DNA of 64,000 bases, taken from contig CALSCP010001443.1 of assembly GCA_943704425.1 (NCBI GenBank), positions 12,044 to 76,043 of the forward strand, in the 5' to 3' direction. Within the stretch, counting starts at the first letter, position 1. Each line of letters starts with the position of its first letter. The stretch comes from Ministeria vibrans ATCC 50519. Its lineage: Eukaryota; Protista; Filasterea. The notes beneath the pieces were generated by a model. That model was given only the letters and a program-made list of their open reading frames with translations. It made no database searches and had not been told where the DNA came from. The position numbers and the translations under genes are program-made. This document shows positions 1 to 14,132 of this stretch, piece after piece.

Positions 1-270
1 TTAAAGAGCTCTTTTAAGTTTTACTTTGAGTGTGAGTGATGAAAAATACTATACAAGAATTTCATTTTTTACTTTTTACTAATGATAAAATATAATAATA
101 CTGTGCTGCTCTTTGTTTTGTATATAGTCTTGTTTAGACATTGAGTACAGCTCTCGATTCTCTATTTATTTTTCTTAATAAGATAATAATAATAAAATAT
201 AATATTAATAATAATAATAATTTATTATAAACGTCTTTACTCATTTTCACTCCACCCTACACAAAAATCA

Positions 271-3200
271 CTATCTCCGTTTGCTCTCTGCAAGACAGGC
301 CTCACAGACGCGCATGGGCTCTTTGCCAAGAGGCGAAAAGATGCGCTGGGGACAGCAGTCGCTGCAATAGATTTTGCCACAGGCGCGACAGTGGTGTCGA
401 CGGCGAAATAAAGTGAACTCTTTGGTGCAGTGCAGACACGACAGGGCGTTGCGGTCGTCCATCCAATTCTTGTCGCCCGGCTGAATGGCCTGTTGTCGCA
501 GTGGGGGTTGCACGGACTGTGGCGGTAGTTTCTGCTGTTGCTGCTGCTGCTCATGACGATGGGGTGCGTTCTTGGCGGTGCTGGTCGTCGAAGGGCCGGC
601 CGTGGGCACAGCGGCCACTGCCGACGTGGCCGCCGACGCAGCAGTGAGTGTGACCTTGCCACTATTGGTGTTGCTGCTGGCGCCCTCGCTGCGTTGCTTC
701 TCCTCGGCGGCGCGTTTGGCCTCCTCCGCCTTGAGCATTTTAAAGATGGCCTCGCCAGTGCGCCCGCGACTGCGCAACAGATCTCGATTGTCAATGGTAC
801 CCGCGACGCGCACCGAAAAGCCAATGACCTTGTGGACCATGTCAAACATGGTGCGCCGTGTAAAGTGCGGCTGCAGATCCGACGTGGGCGTATCCATCCA
901 CTGCGACAGATTGAATGCCGCCGTGCCCATAAAGTTCCACAGTCGTTTGTGAATGCCCTTGGCGCGCTTAGGCGTCACAGTGTCCTTGAGCGTCTGCACC
1001 AGGTCCTCAATGGGATGCGCTCCCGCGGGCCCTTCACACACAGTCTTGATTGCGAGCACATCGCAACCGGCGTAGAGAGCGTTGAGGTACGCATTCAGTG
1101 CCAGCTGCGCAAAGCGACTGTGCTCCGACTCCTTCTGGCCCGGTCGCTTCGCCAACGCCGCGTACTGCTGCGCCAGCACATAGCGGTACCAGAGGCTGCG
1201 CTCGGTGAGTAGGTCAACTCGCGCCGGCGACATAACCTTGGCCACTTGCTCGAGTTTGAGCATAAAATCGCTGGGCTTGGCCTCCTCCACGGCGCGTCTT
1301 CGACTCGCATCCACCTTGGGTGTCTCAATCTCGTCTTCAGACACCTTGGACATTATTGAGAGACGCTGCTGCTGCTGCTGTGTCTTCCCTTCCTCCTCCT
1401 CCTCCTCTTCTTCCTCCGCACCCACCCCCATCGCTTCCTCGACACAATCATCACCGTCTTGAGCGCCATCCTCGCGTCGTCCCTCGCCTGTCTCCGCCTC
1501 ATCTTCCTCCTCGTTGCCTTCATCAAACAGAATCGGTGCACTCGGAGCGGTCTCCTCCGCGTCCACTTCTTCATCGGCCACGTCGCGACTAAAGCTCCCA
1601 TTGCGCCGCACCACCTCTTCTCCTCCTCCTCCTCCCCCTTCTTCAGCAATCAGTTTGGTCACCAGCGACGCGGGTCGTGACGTCGTCGACTGTTGTGGCA
1701 GCTTCAGTGAGGGCGACGGCGGTTGTGGCTGCTGCTGCTGAGCTTGCGCTGCCTCTGAAATGATGGTCGCCGTGCGCTCTTTGGCATAGCGCCCTTGGTC
1801 AATCATCGAGTCTGGCACTTCGGTGAACGGCTGATTGACAAGCTTCATGATGCGTGCCGCCGAAGTGAGTGCGGCCACGAGCCACTTAATGGCGAGTGTG
1901 CGTTCGCCTCGGTCCCGATGTGTGTAACCAATCTGACCCTGGACAATCGCCTCAAAGTCAGGCGAGTGCCTCGTCTGCCCATTGCGCACAAAATCAAGCG
2001 CGTCGTGCAAAATGCGAATCGTCTGTGCGTGTTTGGGCGCCAGTCGACGAAGCACTTGCAGTGTGGCTACAAACGTCTCGAGATGGATCGCGGCCAAGGG
2101 CACACGTACCGTTTTAAGACGATCGACGGCGCGTCGCATCGACTCGAGTGCACACTGCTCGTGTAGCGTCTGCAACAGGGTGTTCTTCTCGAGTGCTGCT
2201 GCCGCCGCAAGTTTCTCGTGCATTCGTCCAATCTTGAACTCCTGCACAAAAGGTCGTCGGTCGTTGGTGTAGGCGCCGAGTGCGTAGTACTCGCGCAGTC
2301 GTTCGCCCAGTGCAAGCATCATGAGTCCCTGTCGCGTGGTCGTGTTGCCAGCGGACGCAGCGCGCGTCGCCACTCGACCCACCACACTCGCTCGCACACC
2401 GTGTTGTTCAGTTGCATTGGCTGTCGACGCGGCATTCCCCGCCGCATTGTCTGCGTCGCTTGTACCTTCAATATCGTCATCGTCGTCGTCTTCGTCCTCA
2501 TCTTCGTTCTTGTGACGCCCAGCGTCCTTGGTCACATCAAGGTACTGTTGAATCGACATATTCACGGTCGCTTCGGACGAGAGGGCACCCGACACGCGCA
2601 TGAGTTGACTCAGCAGCATGAGCAGCGAGCTGCGCACCGCCACGGGCGTCGTGTGGCCCTTGCACAGGGGAACGGCGCTCGCTGTGAGCAGCTCAACGCT
2701 TGCAATGCGTACCGCCTCGCGCATTGCAGAAACGGCCGCCGCGCGAAACGCAGCCGTGTCGCGCTGGCCCACCGAGTGCTGAATGGAGGCAATACGGAGC
2801 GTCGCGAGCACCCCATCAATGCTGGCCGGATTCACCTGGTCACACAGTTCGTTCATGCGCACTAGGCACTCGTCGACGACGGGGGAAGGCTGGTACATGG
2901 CCTGCTCGTAGGTCTCGGTGACGAGAGTGCCGGGCACCTGCTGACGAGCGAGCAGTGCCACAATGTAGATCACGTTGATCTCGGACATGTCGCAGGAGCG
3001 ATCAAGAAAGGGAATGTTGCTGCTGGTGGCACTGGCGCGCATACGACCCAATTCCGCCATGACATAGTCACGATCAAGGTCACTCGAGCGCACCGACAGC
3101 AGCTGCTGTCGTGCCAGCGTCTCTTCTACATGGCGAAACGCACCCGCCTGCTCGTAGGCTCCGCCCGCGGCACGCTCACAGATTTGCAGCGACTCTTCAC

Positions 3201-5133
3201 ACGCCTCAATAGACCGATGACGCAGACCCATGCGCGCATAGCGACCTGCCAGTGTGTGCAGCAGGACACACGCGAAGGCCGGTTCGGTGGCAACAAAGGA
3301 GGCCCAGCTCTCACGATCGGGTCCCAGCAATTCGCGCACGCGCGCGTACGTCTGCAGAAGAGTGTTGCTGTTGGCATACTGATTGATGAGAATGCGCGCA
3401 CCCAGCGAGTCGGCCAGCACACGCACCATGTCGAGGGCGGCCGCGTGCTGCTGCGCGGGCTCTGCACTAAGAGCTTCGACGCGCGCCAGGCGACTCGTGA
3501 TCGCGTCGCAAATTGCACCACGTTCGCGCGAGAAGAGCTCCATGGCATCGACTGTGGCAAGTGGCGAGCCGTTGGGCGCGTACGCGTTGACCAACATCGC
3601 ACCAGCACGCACTAGTGTGTCAATGGCTGCCTGTTCGGCCTCGGCGCTAAGTGACGGTGAGCCGTCACTTAGCGCCGAGGGTCCACGACCATCGGCAATG
3701 AGCGTTGCGGCACAGGCGCCGTTGGGAATGACGAGTGAGGAGAGGAGTTCCTCGGGAAGAATGTCACGAAGCGCGACAAGGTCGACAGGCGCATCGAGAA
3801 TGTCACGACCGGCACCCACCAGGGCATTGGCAGCCTCCGTGGCCTGTTCGCTTGCCTCAAAGGTCGCGTCGGTGTCCAGGTAGAAGTAGGTACCGTCGAC
3901 AATGACATTTTTGTACCAGATGCCCTTGAAAACGTCGCCATTGGCATAGGTCATCATTCCTTCGCCGTGCTTGAGACCCTTGTCAAAATCACCCTCGAAC
4001 ACCGAGCCGTCCTTGTGCGACGAGAAGCGACCGCGCCCACTCTTGAAGCCACGCACCCAGGGGCCCTCGTAGACATCCCCGTCCTTGGTCGTCTGCTTGC
4101 CCGACGGCCCATGGTACATGCTCTCCTGGAAGTGACCCTCGTAGACCGAACCGTCCTTGCGCTGCAGTCGCCCCACGCCGTTGTAGCGGTCACGCGCAAA
4201 CTGGCCCTCGTAGATGGTTCCGTCGTGGGTCGTAAAGCGCCCATGACCGTTGTAGTTGCCATCGAGGAACTCACCCTCGTACACACTGCCCGACGTCAGC
4301 ACCATCTTGCCATAGCCATTTGCCTTGCCATGCAGCCACATGCCGTCGTAGACAATACCCGACGGAAACTTGTAGTGCTTCTTGACGGCAGTGCCGGGCG
4401 CAGCAGCGGCCGTTGCCACCGCGGCCGACGCCACGGTGGTTGTAGTGCCCTCGTCAGACGGAGTGTCGCTTGCTGTAGTTGTTGTTGTGGGAGTGGGCCG
4501 AGGCACAATGGGAACCACTGGCGATGCGACAATTGCATTTTTGGCCTTGGCGCACGGAAGGCCGCCGCGACGACGACGGAGCAGCGTGATGGGGAGCCAA
4601 AGAACGAGGTTAGCGGCGAGGAACGACGACATGATAAGCTCAATGCAGAGGTGGAACTTGATTTGGAGGAGTGAGTCGGCGCACGACGACTCGTGGGGCG
4701 CCGGCAGCTCGACAGTGATAGACTCGTCGAGGTTGCCACCGACCGCGGGAACAGATCGCGTGACGGTCGTCATAGGAATGGTGCGCGAGTCGCTCTGGCT
4801 CTTGCTGTCACCCACAATGGTGTACTGACGTCGCAGCGAGAAGCGAATTGCACTCACATTCTTGGTGCTCTGGTTCTTGACCACAATGTGCACCGAGACC
4901 TTTTCCTTTTTGAAAAAGGCCTTGCGCGGCAACCGCCCCGTCAGCTGCAGCTCGCCCGGTCGCATAAGGAACGTCTTGGAGACACAACGGCCAAACTTGC
5001 TCTGGGGCGCGTACAGCTGGCGCAGTGACAGGTGCGGTTGATCGTAGCCGCCGATGGGCACCACTAGCTTGGTTTCCTTGTTGAATGCAAAGGTGCCTGG
5101 TGCGTCAAAGAAGACTCGAAGCTACAAAAAAAT

Positions 5134-5190
<57 letters not shown>

Positions 5191-5591
5191 TTTTTTTTTT
5201 TGGGGGGGGGTTAGCATTAATGTGCAAAAAACGAATCAATATCAACGCATTAATGTATTTGATACCTCGTATTTGACTTGCGCTTCGGCACTGATTGGCG
5301 AGAGTTTCATTGAAGGAGGGAGTGAGACGGGCAGACGGAACTGAACGTCGTAGGTGTGGACGCCTGGGTTGAGCTGGATGACTTTGCCTGTTTTGCGAGA
5401 CGACCAGGAGACTCCAAGGAGAGTCTAATGAGGAAAAGTGTGTGTGTGTGTGAGTGCAAAATCCGTTTCCCTCTCTGATTGTGTACTCTGCCAAATCCGA
5501 TGAGCTTTCGGGAGCTCTTGTGCTTGACGGTGTGTGCGTGCATGGCAATGGAGTTGCCATGCGCGGATGCTCCCACTTCGGTGTCTTCAAC
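271..5591 (-). CDS. Arrestin(N+C)-MORN repeat-helical solenoid-FYVE protein; 5' end lost in the N gap
   Basis: Exons 5487-5591, 5266-5424 and 271-5121 splice in frame (GT-AG) to give the arrestin-N motif LNPGVHTYDVQFRLPVSLPPS. Arrestin-C follows (VHIVVKNQSTKNV...LLQIKFHLCIEL), then about 6-7 MORN repeats (YEGEFLDGNYNGHGRF). The C-terminus is a canonical FYVE (WMDD..C..C..F..FRRRHHCRACGKIYCSDC..RVCEAC). Confidence 0.85.
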
Positions 5592-5597
5592 CTGAAC

Positions 5598-5686
<89 letters not shown>

Positions 5687-6429
5687 NNNNNNNNNNNNNN
5701 NNNNNNNNNNNNNNNNNNNNNNNNNNNNNNNNNNNNNNNNNNNNNNNNNNNNNNNNNNNNNNNNNNNNNNNNNNNNNNNNNNNNNNNNNNNNNNNNNNNN
5801 NNNNNNNNNNNNNNNNNNNNNNNNNNNNNNNNNNNNNNNNNNNNNNNNNNNNNNNNNNNNNNNNNNNNNNNNNNNNNNNNNNNNNNNNNNNNNNNNNNNN
5901 NNNNNNNNNNNNNNNNNNNNNNNNNNNNNNNNNNNNNNNNNNNNNNNNNNNNNNNNNNNNNNNNNNNNNNNNNNNNNNNNNNNNNNNNNNNNNNNNNNNN
6001 NNNNNNNNNNNNNNNNNNNNNNNNNNNNNNNNNNNNNNNNNNNNNNNNNNNNNNNNNNNNNNNNNNNNNNNNNNNNNNNNNNNNNNNNNNNNNNNNNNNN
6101 NNNNNNNNNNNNNNNNNNNNNNNNNNNNNNNNNNNNNNNNNNNNNNNNNNNNNNNNNNNNNNNNNNNNNNNNNNNNNNNNNNNNNNNNNNNNNNNNNNNN
6201 NNNNNNNNNNNNNNNNNNNNNNNNNNNNNNNNNNNNNNNNNNNNNNNNNNNNNNNNNNNNNNNNNNNNNNNNNNNNNNNNNNNNNNNNNNNNNNNNNNNN
6301 NNNNNNNNNNNNNNNNNNNNNNNNNNNNNNNNNNNNNNNNNNNNNNNNNNNNNNNNNNNNNNNNNNNNNNNNNNNNNNNNNNNNNNNNNNNNNNNNNNNN
6401 NNNNNNNNNNNNNNNNNNNNNNNNNNNNN
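5687..6429. other. Assembly gap (743 N) preceded by an (AG)n microsatellite
   Basis: Run of N; (AG)n at 5601-5686. Confidence 0.99.
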
Positions 6430-6517
6430 AAAGATAGAAGGAGGAATAACACAAGGGGAGAGAGAAAAAAAACGCCTTTGCATTTGCACTAAATGGTAAA
6501 ATTTGGACATTTCACAG

Positions 6518-6910
6518 GGCAACTGGCTGAATAGCGTTCAGAATGGAAGAGGGAAGATGAAATACAGCAACGGAGACCGTTACGAGGTAAGACCGCTTCT
6601 TCTACTGTGCCTGACGGACCAACAGAGAAAAGCGAGAGAAGTTTTTTTTTCTTTTTGCTATTTTACTCATTATTGATCGTTCGACGACTCAGGGATTATG
6701 GGAGAACGGGCAAAGACACGGCGAAGGGGTGCTGCACCACGCGGACGGGGACTCGTTCAAGGGCGTGTGGGCACACAATGTGGTTGTGGATGGAGTGTAC
6801 GCCTTTGCCGACAGCAACGCCGCCTGGTCGTCCGAAGGCTCTGCCGTTCTCCAGGACCTTCCTGTACGCCTCAAAATATGCATATGTATACATACATACA
6901 CTCAACTGAA

Positions 6911-6977
<67 letters not shown>

Positions 6978-9900
6978 GATTGTGTAGGATGCGATGGTGC
7001 TTTTGGAGACGCCGGTACAGCCGCGGCTTCTTGCTGAGGTAATTCCCTCTGACGTCCACTCGGTGGTCATGTCGGCGATGGGTTTGCCGGCGCCCTTTGA
7101 GAAGTCGGGACTGCGATCAAACACGGAGCTCATGACGGACGAGGAGGAGACCAACGCCATCAACGTGCTACAGACGGCCGGTGACATGTATGCCAATGTG
7201 GACGGACGACTGCAGGCCCAAGCAATTGATGTGTACAACACGGCACGAACACAAATATCGACAGCCATTCGTCGACTGGTGCGACGTGCCGAACAGGGGC
7301 GTCTCGACGAGGCCGCCAACGCAGGCGTGATTCGCTTCTGTCGTATGCTCAGTGCCACCCCATCGATGCGTCTGTTGCTTTTGCTCAATGGCGATGCCGA
7401 GGCACAGGCGGCGCTCTTTGAGCGTCTTCTGCGTCTCATGAGTAGTGGTCATGGGTTGCCGGGCGAGGACTCGCTCAAGGCCTACCTCACTGACGAGCCC
7501 GACGTTGCCGTGCCCCTCCTCAATTTTGTCGCTGCTTGTCGTCGTCGCATTGGTCTGCTGAAGCTCTCCATTGAGGCGTGCGAACAGGTACTTGCCGTGT
7601 GTGAAAAACACGCGGCGTCACTACCGAGTGCAGCCGGTAGCAACGACTCAACCACCTACTGGTGGTGCGTGGAACCCGTGTGGGCATGGGAGTCGCTGTG
7701 GATTGCGCGCTCCATCGACATGCACGTCTCTGAGGCGCTGCCGACCATGGTGCGCGTGAGACAAACGCTTGCTGACACGTGCGGCAGCCGCTTGCCCTTT
7801 GTCACGTGGTACGCCGACGTTGTCGAGTCGTCACTCTACTACATGCGCGCGCTGATGGGTCGACAGCGACAGAAGAGGAAACACGAAGCAAGTCTCAAGT
7901 TGGCGCCTAACATGGCAACGGCGCACGTTGACGAGGCATGCAAGGTGCTCATGCAGGTCATGGAACGCGCCGCCGACACCTCACCCGAAGTGTGTTTGGC
8001 GAGTCTGCGACTGGCAACGCTTCAGCACTCCTGCGGTCGCATGACCTCGGTGGACTTTCGCGAACGGGTCGTCATTGCCATGCGCTGTGCTGTGCGTCAG
8101 GGCAACCTCGAGTTGCTGGCACTCGCCGGCATCATGCTCGCCAAGGCACACTCGACCACGGCCGAGGTACGCTCGTGTCTCCTGGCCCGTCTTGGTCAGT
8201 TGTGTCGCGCGCAAAATCTGCCCGCGAGCGAGTATGCCGTCAACGCCGCCATCATGTCGCATGTGGACCCAGCGCTTACGGACCAGGCTGGCTCGGCGGC
8301 TGCTCTCGCCTCGGGCGTCGTGGCCGACAGCGACGAGACTAGCTCGTTGCTGGCGCCTCTTTCGTCACAGCAGGGGCGTCGCGGGGGTCGCACCGGATCC
8401 GGCACGTCCACGGGCAGCACCGACATGCCACCCCCCGCACACAAGTCCATGATGACCCGTTCTGCCTCGTCGGATACGGGCAACACGAGTGTGAGCGAGA
8501 GCGACGCTGATCCCGAACACGACGCAGAGGAACAGTCGCGTGCCATGGCACGGCGCAAGCGCCCTTCATCCATCATGATCAAGGGCACCGAACTGCCCGC
8601 GACGGCCGCGGCCAGCGTCAACGCACGCAGCGGCAAGCGTATGAGTTTGATGGCGGCGCGTGACAAGCGTCCCGAACACATCCACTCGACGTTGCTTCTG
8701 GCTGCCATGGTCCGTGTGCGTCACTACGACAACAAGAGTGCATTTGACGGCGACTCGCGCATCATGCTGCACGCCTTCCAGAGTGGCGTGATCCACCGGC
8801 GGTTTGCTGAGCTCGCCAAGAAGACCAACGACCACGGACTGGCGGCCGACCACGCGTGTCTGGCGCTCGTTTTTATGGACAAGGCTATCATGGTGGCCAT
8901 GGGTGACTCGTCGGCGGCCCTCTCGTACGGTCGTCTCGGTACCATCCTCGATTCGCTCAGCTTCATTCGCGAACTCGCGCCCTGCAGTCCGCGCACGCTC
9001 TACTTACTCTCGCAAAGCTTCAATGCTGTGCTGGCGGGCACGGCGAGTGCCCATCCCGGTTTTGAGCCTCAGGTCCAAGGCATGATCGGTCTGTTCCATC
9101 GCGATCTCAGCGAAATGTCCAAGGCTGCGTCATGGATCCAGCGGGCACTGCTGTCGGCCGAACACGCCATGATTGCTTCGAACCAGTCGTGGACCAAGGT
9201 GGTGCTGGTGCCCGATGACGACGTGAGTGCCGCCGCCAGCGACGACGAGAGCGACGGTGCTGGCGAGACGGATGCGTACGGCCGTCGACGAGGTGTCGGT
9301 GGTGGGGGTGCTGGTGGTGCGAGCGACGATGCCCTGGACCATTTGGACGACCGTGAGACGACTGTGGTGCGCACCAATGCGACAGCGACGAATGGAAGTT
9401 TGCGGTTCCACCCGTCAGGTCCCGAGACAGGCTCGGCGGCGAGTGCCTCTATCACTTCGGCCCTTTCCACGGCCATGTCGGCGACGTCTGTGTCGGGGTC
9501 GTCGGCTCCGACGACGCCGAGCAAGACCCCGTCGCGTGTCGACTCGTTTCTGGGCGCCGGTGGCTTTGTGTCGATGGCCCAGTTACTGCCTCACCAAGCT
9601 GATGTGCTGCAGGAAAAGACGCTGTCACTGCGTCTCGTGCTTGCACAGATGCACGCGTGTCTTGCGGGCCACCCGCGCGGCCCACCCATCACCACACGCC
9701 ATGCCAAGATTGCCCTTTACGTCTTTATCAACACACTGCAGGCCGGCCTTGCGCTTGTTGACAATGGTCGCGCCTCGACGGCTCCCACCACGCCCAATTT
9801 GGGCAGCTGGTCGCAGCGCAACGTGGCCGGCCGCTTTATTGCAACCCTGGCCGCCTACCGTGTGCCCAAACACTCCTCGGCTACCCTTCAGCGACATGCT

Positions 9901-10563
9901 TGGCGTGCTCTTGGCTCCACGGCCTTTGCCTTTTCCCAGTGGCTCGCCAATCCTGCCGCCGAGGCAGCTTTGCTGGGCGACTACAGCGACTCGCCCACGG
10001 CGAGCATTGAGATTCTCGAGATGCGCCAGCGTGTCGCTGAGTTTGCTGTGTTTGCCGCAGTACCGGCAGCGCTTAGAAGCGGGCGCGGCGGCCACCGCGA
10101 GAAGTTGTGTCACACGCTGAATAAGTTGCTCGAGGTGGAGTACCGCCGTGCGTCGGGAGGCAGTGGCAGCCGTCCATCGAGTGCGAGTGGTAGCACTGAC
10201 TCGACGACAGTTCACCAGCATCAGCGTGGCAGCACCAGCAGCTCGTCTCTGCCATCCACCATGGGCTCGGGCACCCCGGCGACCCCCGCACCATCCGCTG
10301 TTGAGGCAACACGAGCGGTTGCCGCGGCCGCAGGCGCCACCTCTTCGCCCAACCATGTCATCGGAAGGAACAGTGCTGGTTGGACACCCGATAGCGAAGC
10401 GCCCGCTTGCAACGACTGTGGCCGCGTCTTCAAGGCCACCGTGCGTCGCCATCACTGCCGCACCTGCGGTCGCGTCTTCTGCAACCGCTGTTCACCCAAG
10501 CGCGAGTTTGGCGGTCGTGATCTGCGCGTCTGCAATGCCTGCTACTCGTCTAAGGTCCTCTAA
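6518..10563 (+). CDS. MORN repeat-helical solenoid-FYVE protein, paralog of the 271-5591 gene; 5' end in the gap
   Basis: Exons 6518-6586 (GNWLNSVQNGRGKMKYSNGDRYE), 6693-6863 (GLWENGQRHGEGVLHHADGDSFKGVW) and 6988-10563. FYVE: WTPD..CNDC..F..RRHHCRTCGRVFCNRC..RVCNAC. Shares colinear blocks with the neighbouring gene (SIEACE, LRLATLQHS, QVQGMIG..HRD, AF.FSQW). Confidence 0.82.
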
Positions 10564-10886
10564 TCAGCGCCGCAAGTGAGGCCGCGACGATCAACATTAA
10601 GAAGGAGAAAGAGATAGGGAGAGATAGAGAGAAGAGGGAGAGAGAGAGAGAGAGAGGAGAGTGACAGATAGAGAGATGAAGAGTGAGAGAGATTAGTAAA
10701 TTGAGTGAGACCTTCCATTTTGTTCATCACACATTCTCCAGGTTTACTTTTTCATTTGTGAAAAGAATTAGTCTCACAACACAATCACACACACAGGATA
10801 TCGCTCACACTAATATCTCAAAAAAAAAAACAATCTTTTCCGTCGCTCACTATCTCCTCTGTCCTACATGCTCTCTCTTTCTCTCT

Positions 10887-11635
10887 CTACACATACAGCT
10901 TGATAGCTGCATCAGCACCGCCTGTCACAAAGCAATTTCTCGTTGGATGGAACGCAATGCAATGAATGGCCTCATCAAACTTTTGGCGGTGCATCGACAG
11001 CTCTTGTTCGCATGTCAGCGACGATAAGTTCCAGAGACGCACTGACGCATCATGACCTGTATATACAGTGTCAGAGAGGTTGTTGGTGTGAGACAAAAAG
11101 CCAAAAAAAAATCAAAATAGCTCTGTGTATTAGTTCGTACCGCAAGTGGCAAAGCGCAGACCGGACGGATGTACTGCGACGGTGGAGGCCGAGTCGAGCT
11201 GAGCGACAATGTCATGAACACACTCGCCCGTCTGAGTGTCAAAGATGCGCACGTGATGATCCTCGTACGCCGCAAAGACGAGTGAGAGTGTCGGGTGTGA
11301 GCAAACATGGTTGATTTGCGTAGCTCGCGTGCCGTCTGAAGCAAACAAGAAAAAAAGAATAAGAGAATCGAAAAGACGTACGCATCAATTATATTGGTAC
11401 CGTAAAACTGATCACTGTCGAGTTTGAGAGTACACTGGGCAGTGTTGACATCGAAAATGTGAAGCGATGCATCGACACAGCCCACAACGGCCTTGGTATA
11501 GTCGTTTTGCAGAAGCGCAACGGAAGTTGGAATGGCACCTACACAAAAAGACGAAAGTTAGTTGGTTAGTTAGAGAGAGGAAAGAGAGAGAGAAAAGAAA
11601 AAGGGGGGGGGGGGGGGGGAGAAAAAAGCAAAGGG

Positions 11636-11667
<32 letters not shown>

Positions 11668-12249
11668 TTAAAAAGTACCTGGACGGAAAGTAGCCTTGAG
11701 GGGACTCTGAGCACGGTGGTCCCATACGCGCACTGAACCGTCAGCGGAGGCACTAATAAGGCCGGCAGAGGGCAGGGGCGAGCCAGTGGCTGAGGGGATG
11801 GTCACTAGAGACCACACTGCGTCTGTGTGGCCAATCAGCGTCTTCACCGCCAGTTTGTTAACTGTACCAGTGGTGTGTGTATGTGAGATGTTAGTTATAG
11901 TGTTAAGGTGCATTTTGTGTCTACCGTAAGGTTCGTAGGTCTGCTCATGGGCGCTCTCCATGCGCCACACACGGATGGTCGCATCAGCCGAGCCCGTAAA
12001 AAAGAGCCCTCCATCACCCTCCGGCTCAACACTCTCGTCCACCGCCGCACCCACCCCACTCACATTGGTTCCACTACCACCACCAGCACCACCCGTAGCA
12101 CTCGAGGCTGATGCAACACCACCTGTTGTCTCTGTTGCTTCCACTGCAACGCATAGCACTGGCTCAGTGTGTCCACGGAATGTGTGCACCGGTTCAATCA
12201 CACGCGATGTCTTGTGCCGTCGCGACACTCGTTCTAATTGATGAATAAA

Positions 12250-12324
<75 letters not shown>

Positions 12325-14100
12325 AATATCGACGAGAAAAAAAAAGTAACAACGTGATAGAGAACGTACCTGCATCACCCACAATCCCTTTGAGCGACCA
12401 TTGCTTGACAGTATGATCTTCGCTGACAGAGAGAAGAATGGGCCGGGTCGGATGGAATGCAAGGTCACGAACGCCATCAAAATGACTGTAAACAAACAGA
12501 GAGAGAGGGAGAGGAAAAAATGAGTAAGTATTGCGTGAGAGAGTACACAAACAAGTGAGACGTAAGTCAGTAACAGACAGACACAGACACGAGAAAATTC
12601 AGCGAGCGAGTGTGTGAGCGAGAGTGACTGTTTTTCGTATGGGTACCTGAGCAGATCAGTCTTGTTGCGCCACAATTTGATCTCAGTTGTCGAGAGAGAG
12701 CTCTCGTCATTGCTTTCGCTCATCATCATTTCAGTGCTTGGATCAATCTTCATCGACAAGTCAGCCAGTTCGCCAAGCACATCGGCCTCTGATGGGTCGT
12801 CTGGATGGTCAAATAGGTTCTCAAGTGACGCTAACCAAACACAATACGAATAGCAGAGACACAATAAAAGAAAGAGAGAGAGCGTATCAAAACAGGTTCG
12901 CTTTCTAACACTCTATGATAGTCTTGAGATTTTCCTTCCCACATATACCCCATATATATTGCCCCAAGCAACATCACACATTCTTACCCTTCTTTTTCGT
13001 TCGTGATTTTTTCCCCTTTTCAAAGTTGCGCATCATTTTGGCCAACTGACCCGACTTGATCTTGTCAAAGGAAGGAGGGGCAGCATCATCGCCATCGTAC
13101 TCATGACCAGTTGCAGTAGACGTGGGGGTGGGGGTGGAAGTAGAGCCTGAAGTAGCGGCCATGAGAGCACGCAGGGCTGCACTAGAGTCACAGCCGTCGT
13201 CGGGGACTATGGCCTCTGCCTCAGCAGCGAGGTCGTCTGTGTCATGCTCTGGGTCGTGGCCATCGCCTCCTTCATCCTTGCTGTTGGTGGTGGTGGCGGC
13301 GGTGTCGTCGTTGTCTGTGTCGTTCAGGAAGTCAAACACAGCAAGGGCGTCGTCAGCTTCGTCGACGGCGAGCGATGCTTCGTCACTCTTGCTAGTCACT
13401 TTGCTGTCGCTGCTTTCGTGCTTGTCATAGACTCTGCCCTCCGTCAAGGTAGTCACTCCTCTCGTCGTGTCGTCGACCTTCCCGGACTGAACAAAGGAGG
13501 CGACATCGTGGGCGGCGATGGCAGTGATGACTGACGGCGACGGGAGTACCGACCGCTGGCAAAGGAACGAGCCGCGCAGTTGTGCTGCGCGCGCCTCAAT
13601 CATCGAGTCGGTCAAACCCATCTCGTGCAGGTACTGTCGGAGGACATTGCGACTGCTCTCGGCCGCAGCAAGTCGTCTTCTTGACGCCGCAACAACATTG
13701 GTGGGTGGCGAAAACGTTGGCACTTTGGACGCCGTCTCGTCCGTCGCCTGGCTCGTCTCGGCGCCAGCCCCATCGGCCACCGTCGCACCCTCTCCTTCAA
13801 TACCCCCATCGCGGCCAGCAGCCGCCTGTTCCTTCTCGGCAGCGCGTGCTTTCCGCTCCGACACAAGTGCGTGTTCCAACATCTTGATCCGCCTCAAAAG
13901 GTCGCAAATGAGTCCTTGCTGGCCGGCACGCTCACCCGCGAGTCGTGCACATCTCGACTCCAGCTCGGCCTTGGCCATTTTCAACTCGCTTCGCTCTCGT
14001 TCGAATCTGCAAAGAGCGCAAAAGTTCAGAAAAGGAAAGCCCACATAAATAAGCTTCCATTCTAGATCTACAGATCAACATACGTGAGTCNNNNNNNNNN

Positions 14101-14132
<32 letters not shown>

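Noticed and set aside
5105-6522. Long ORFs containing X runs and LS/RE repeats
   Set aside because: These are artifacts of the N gap and the (AG)n microsatellite.
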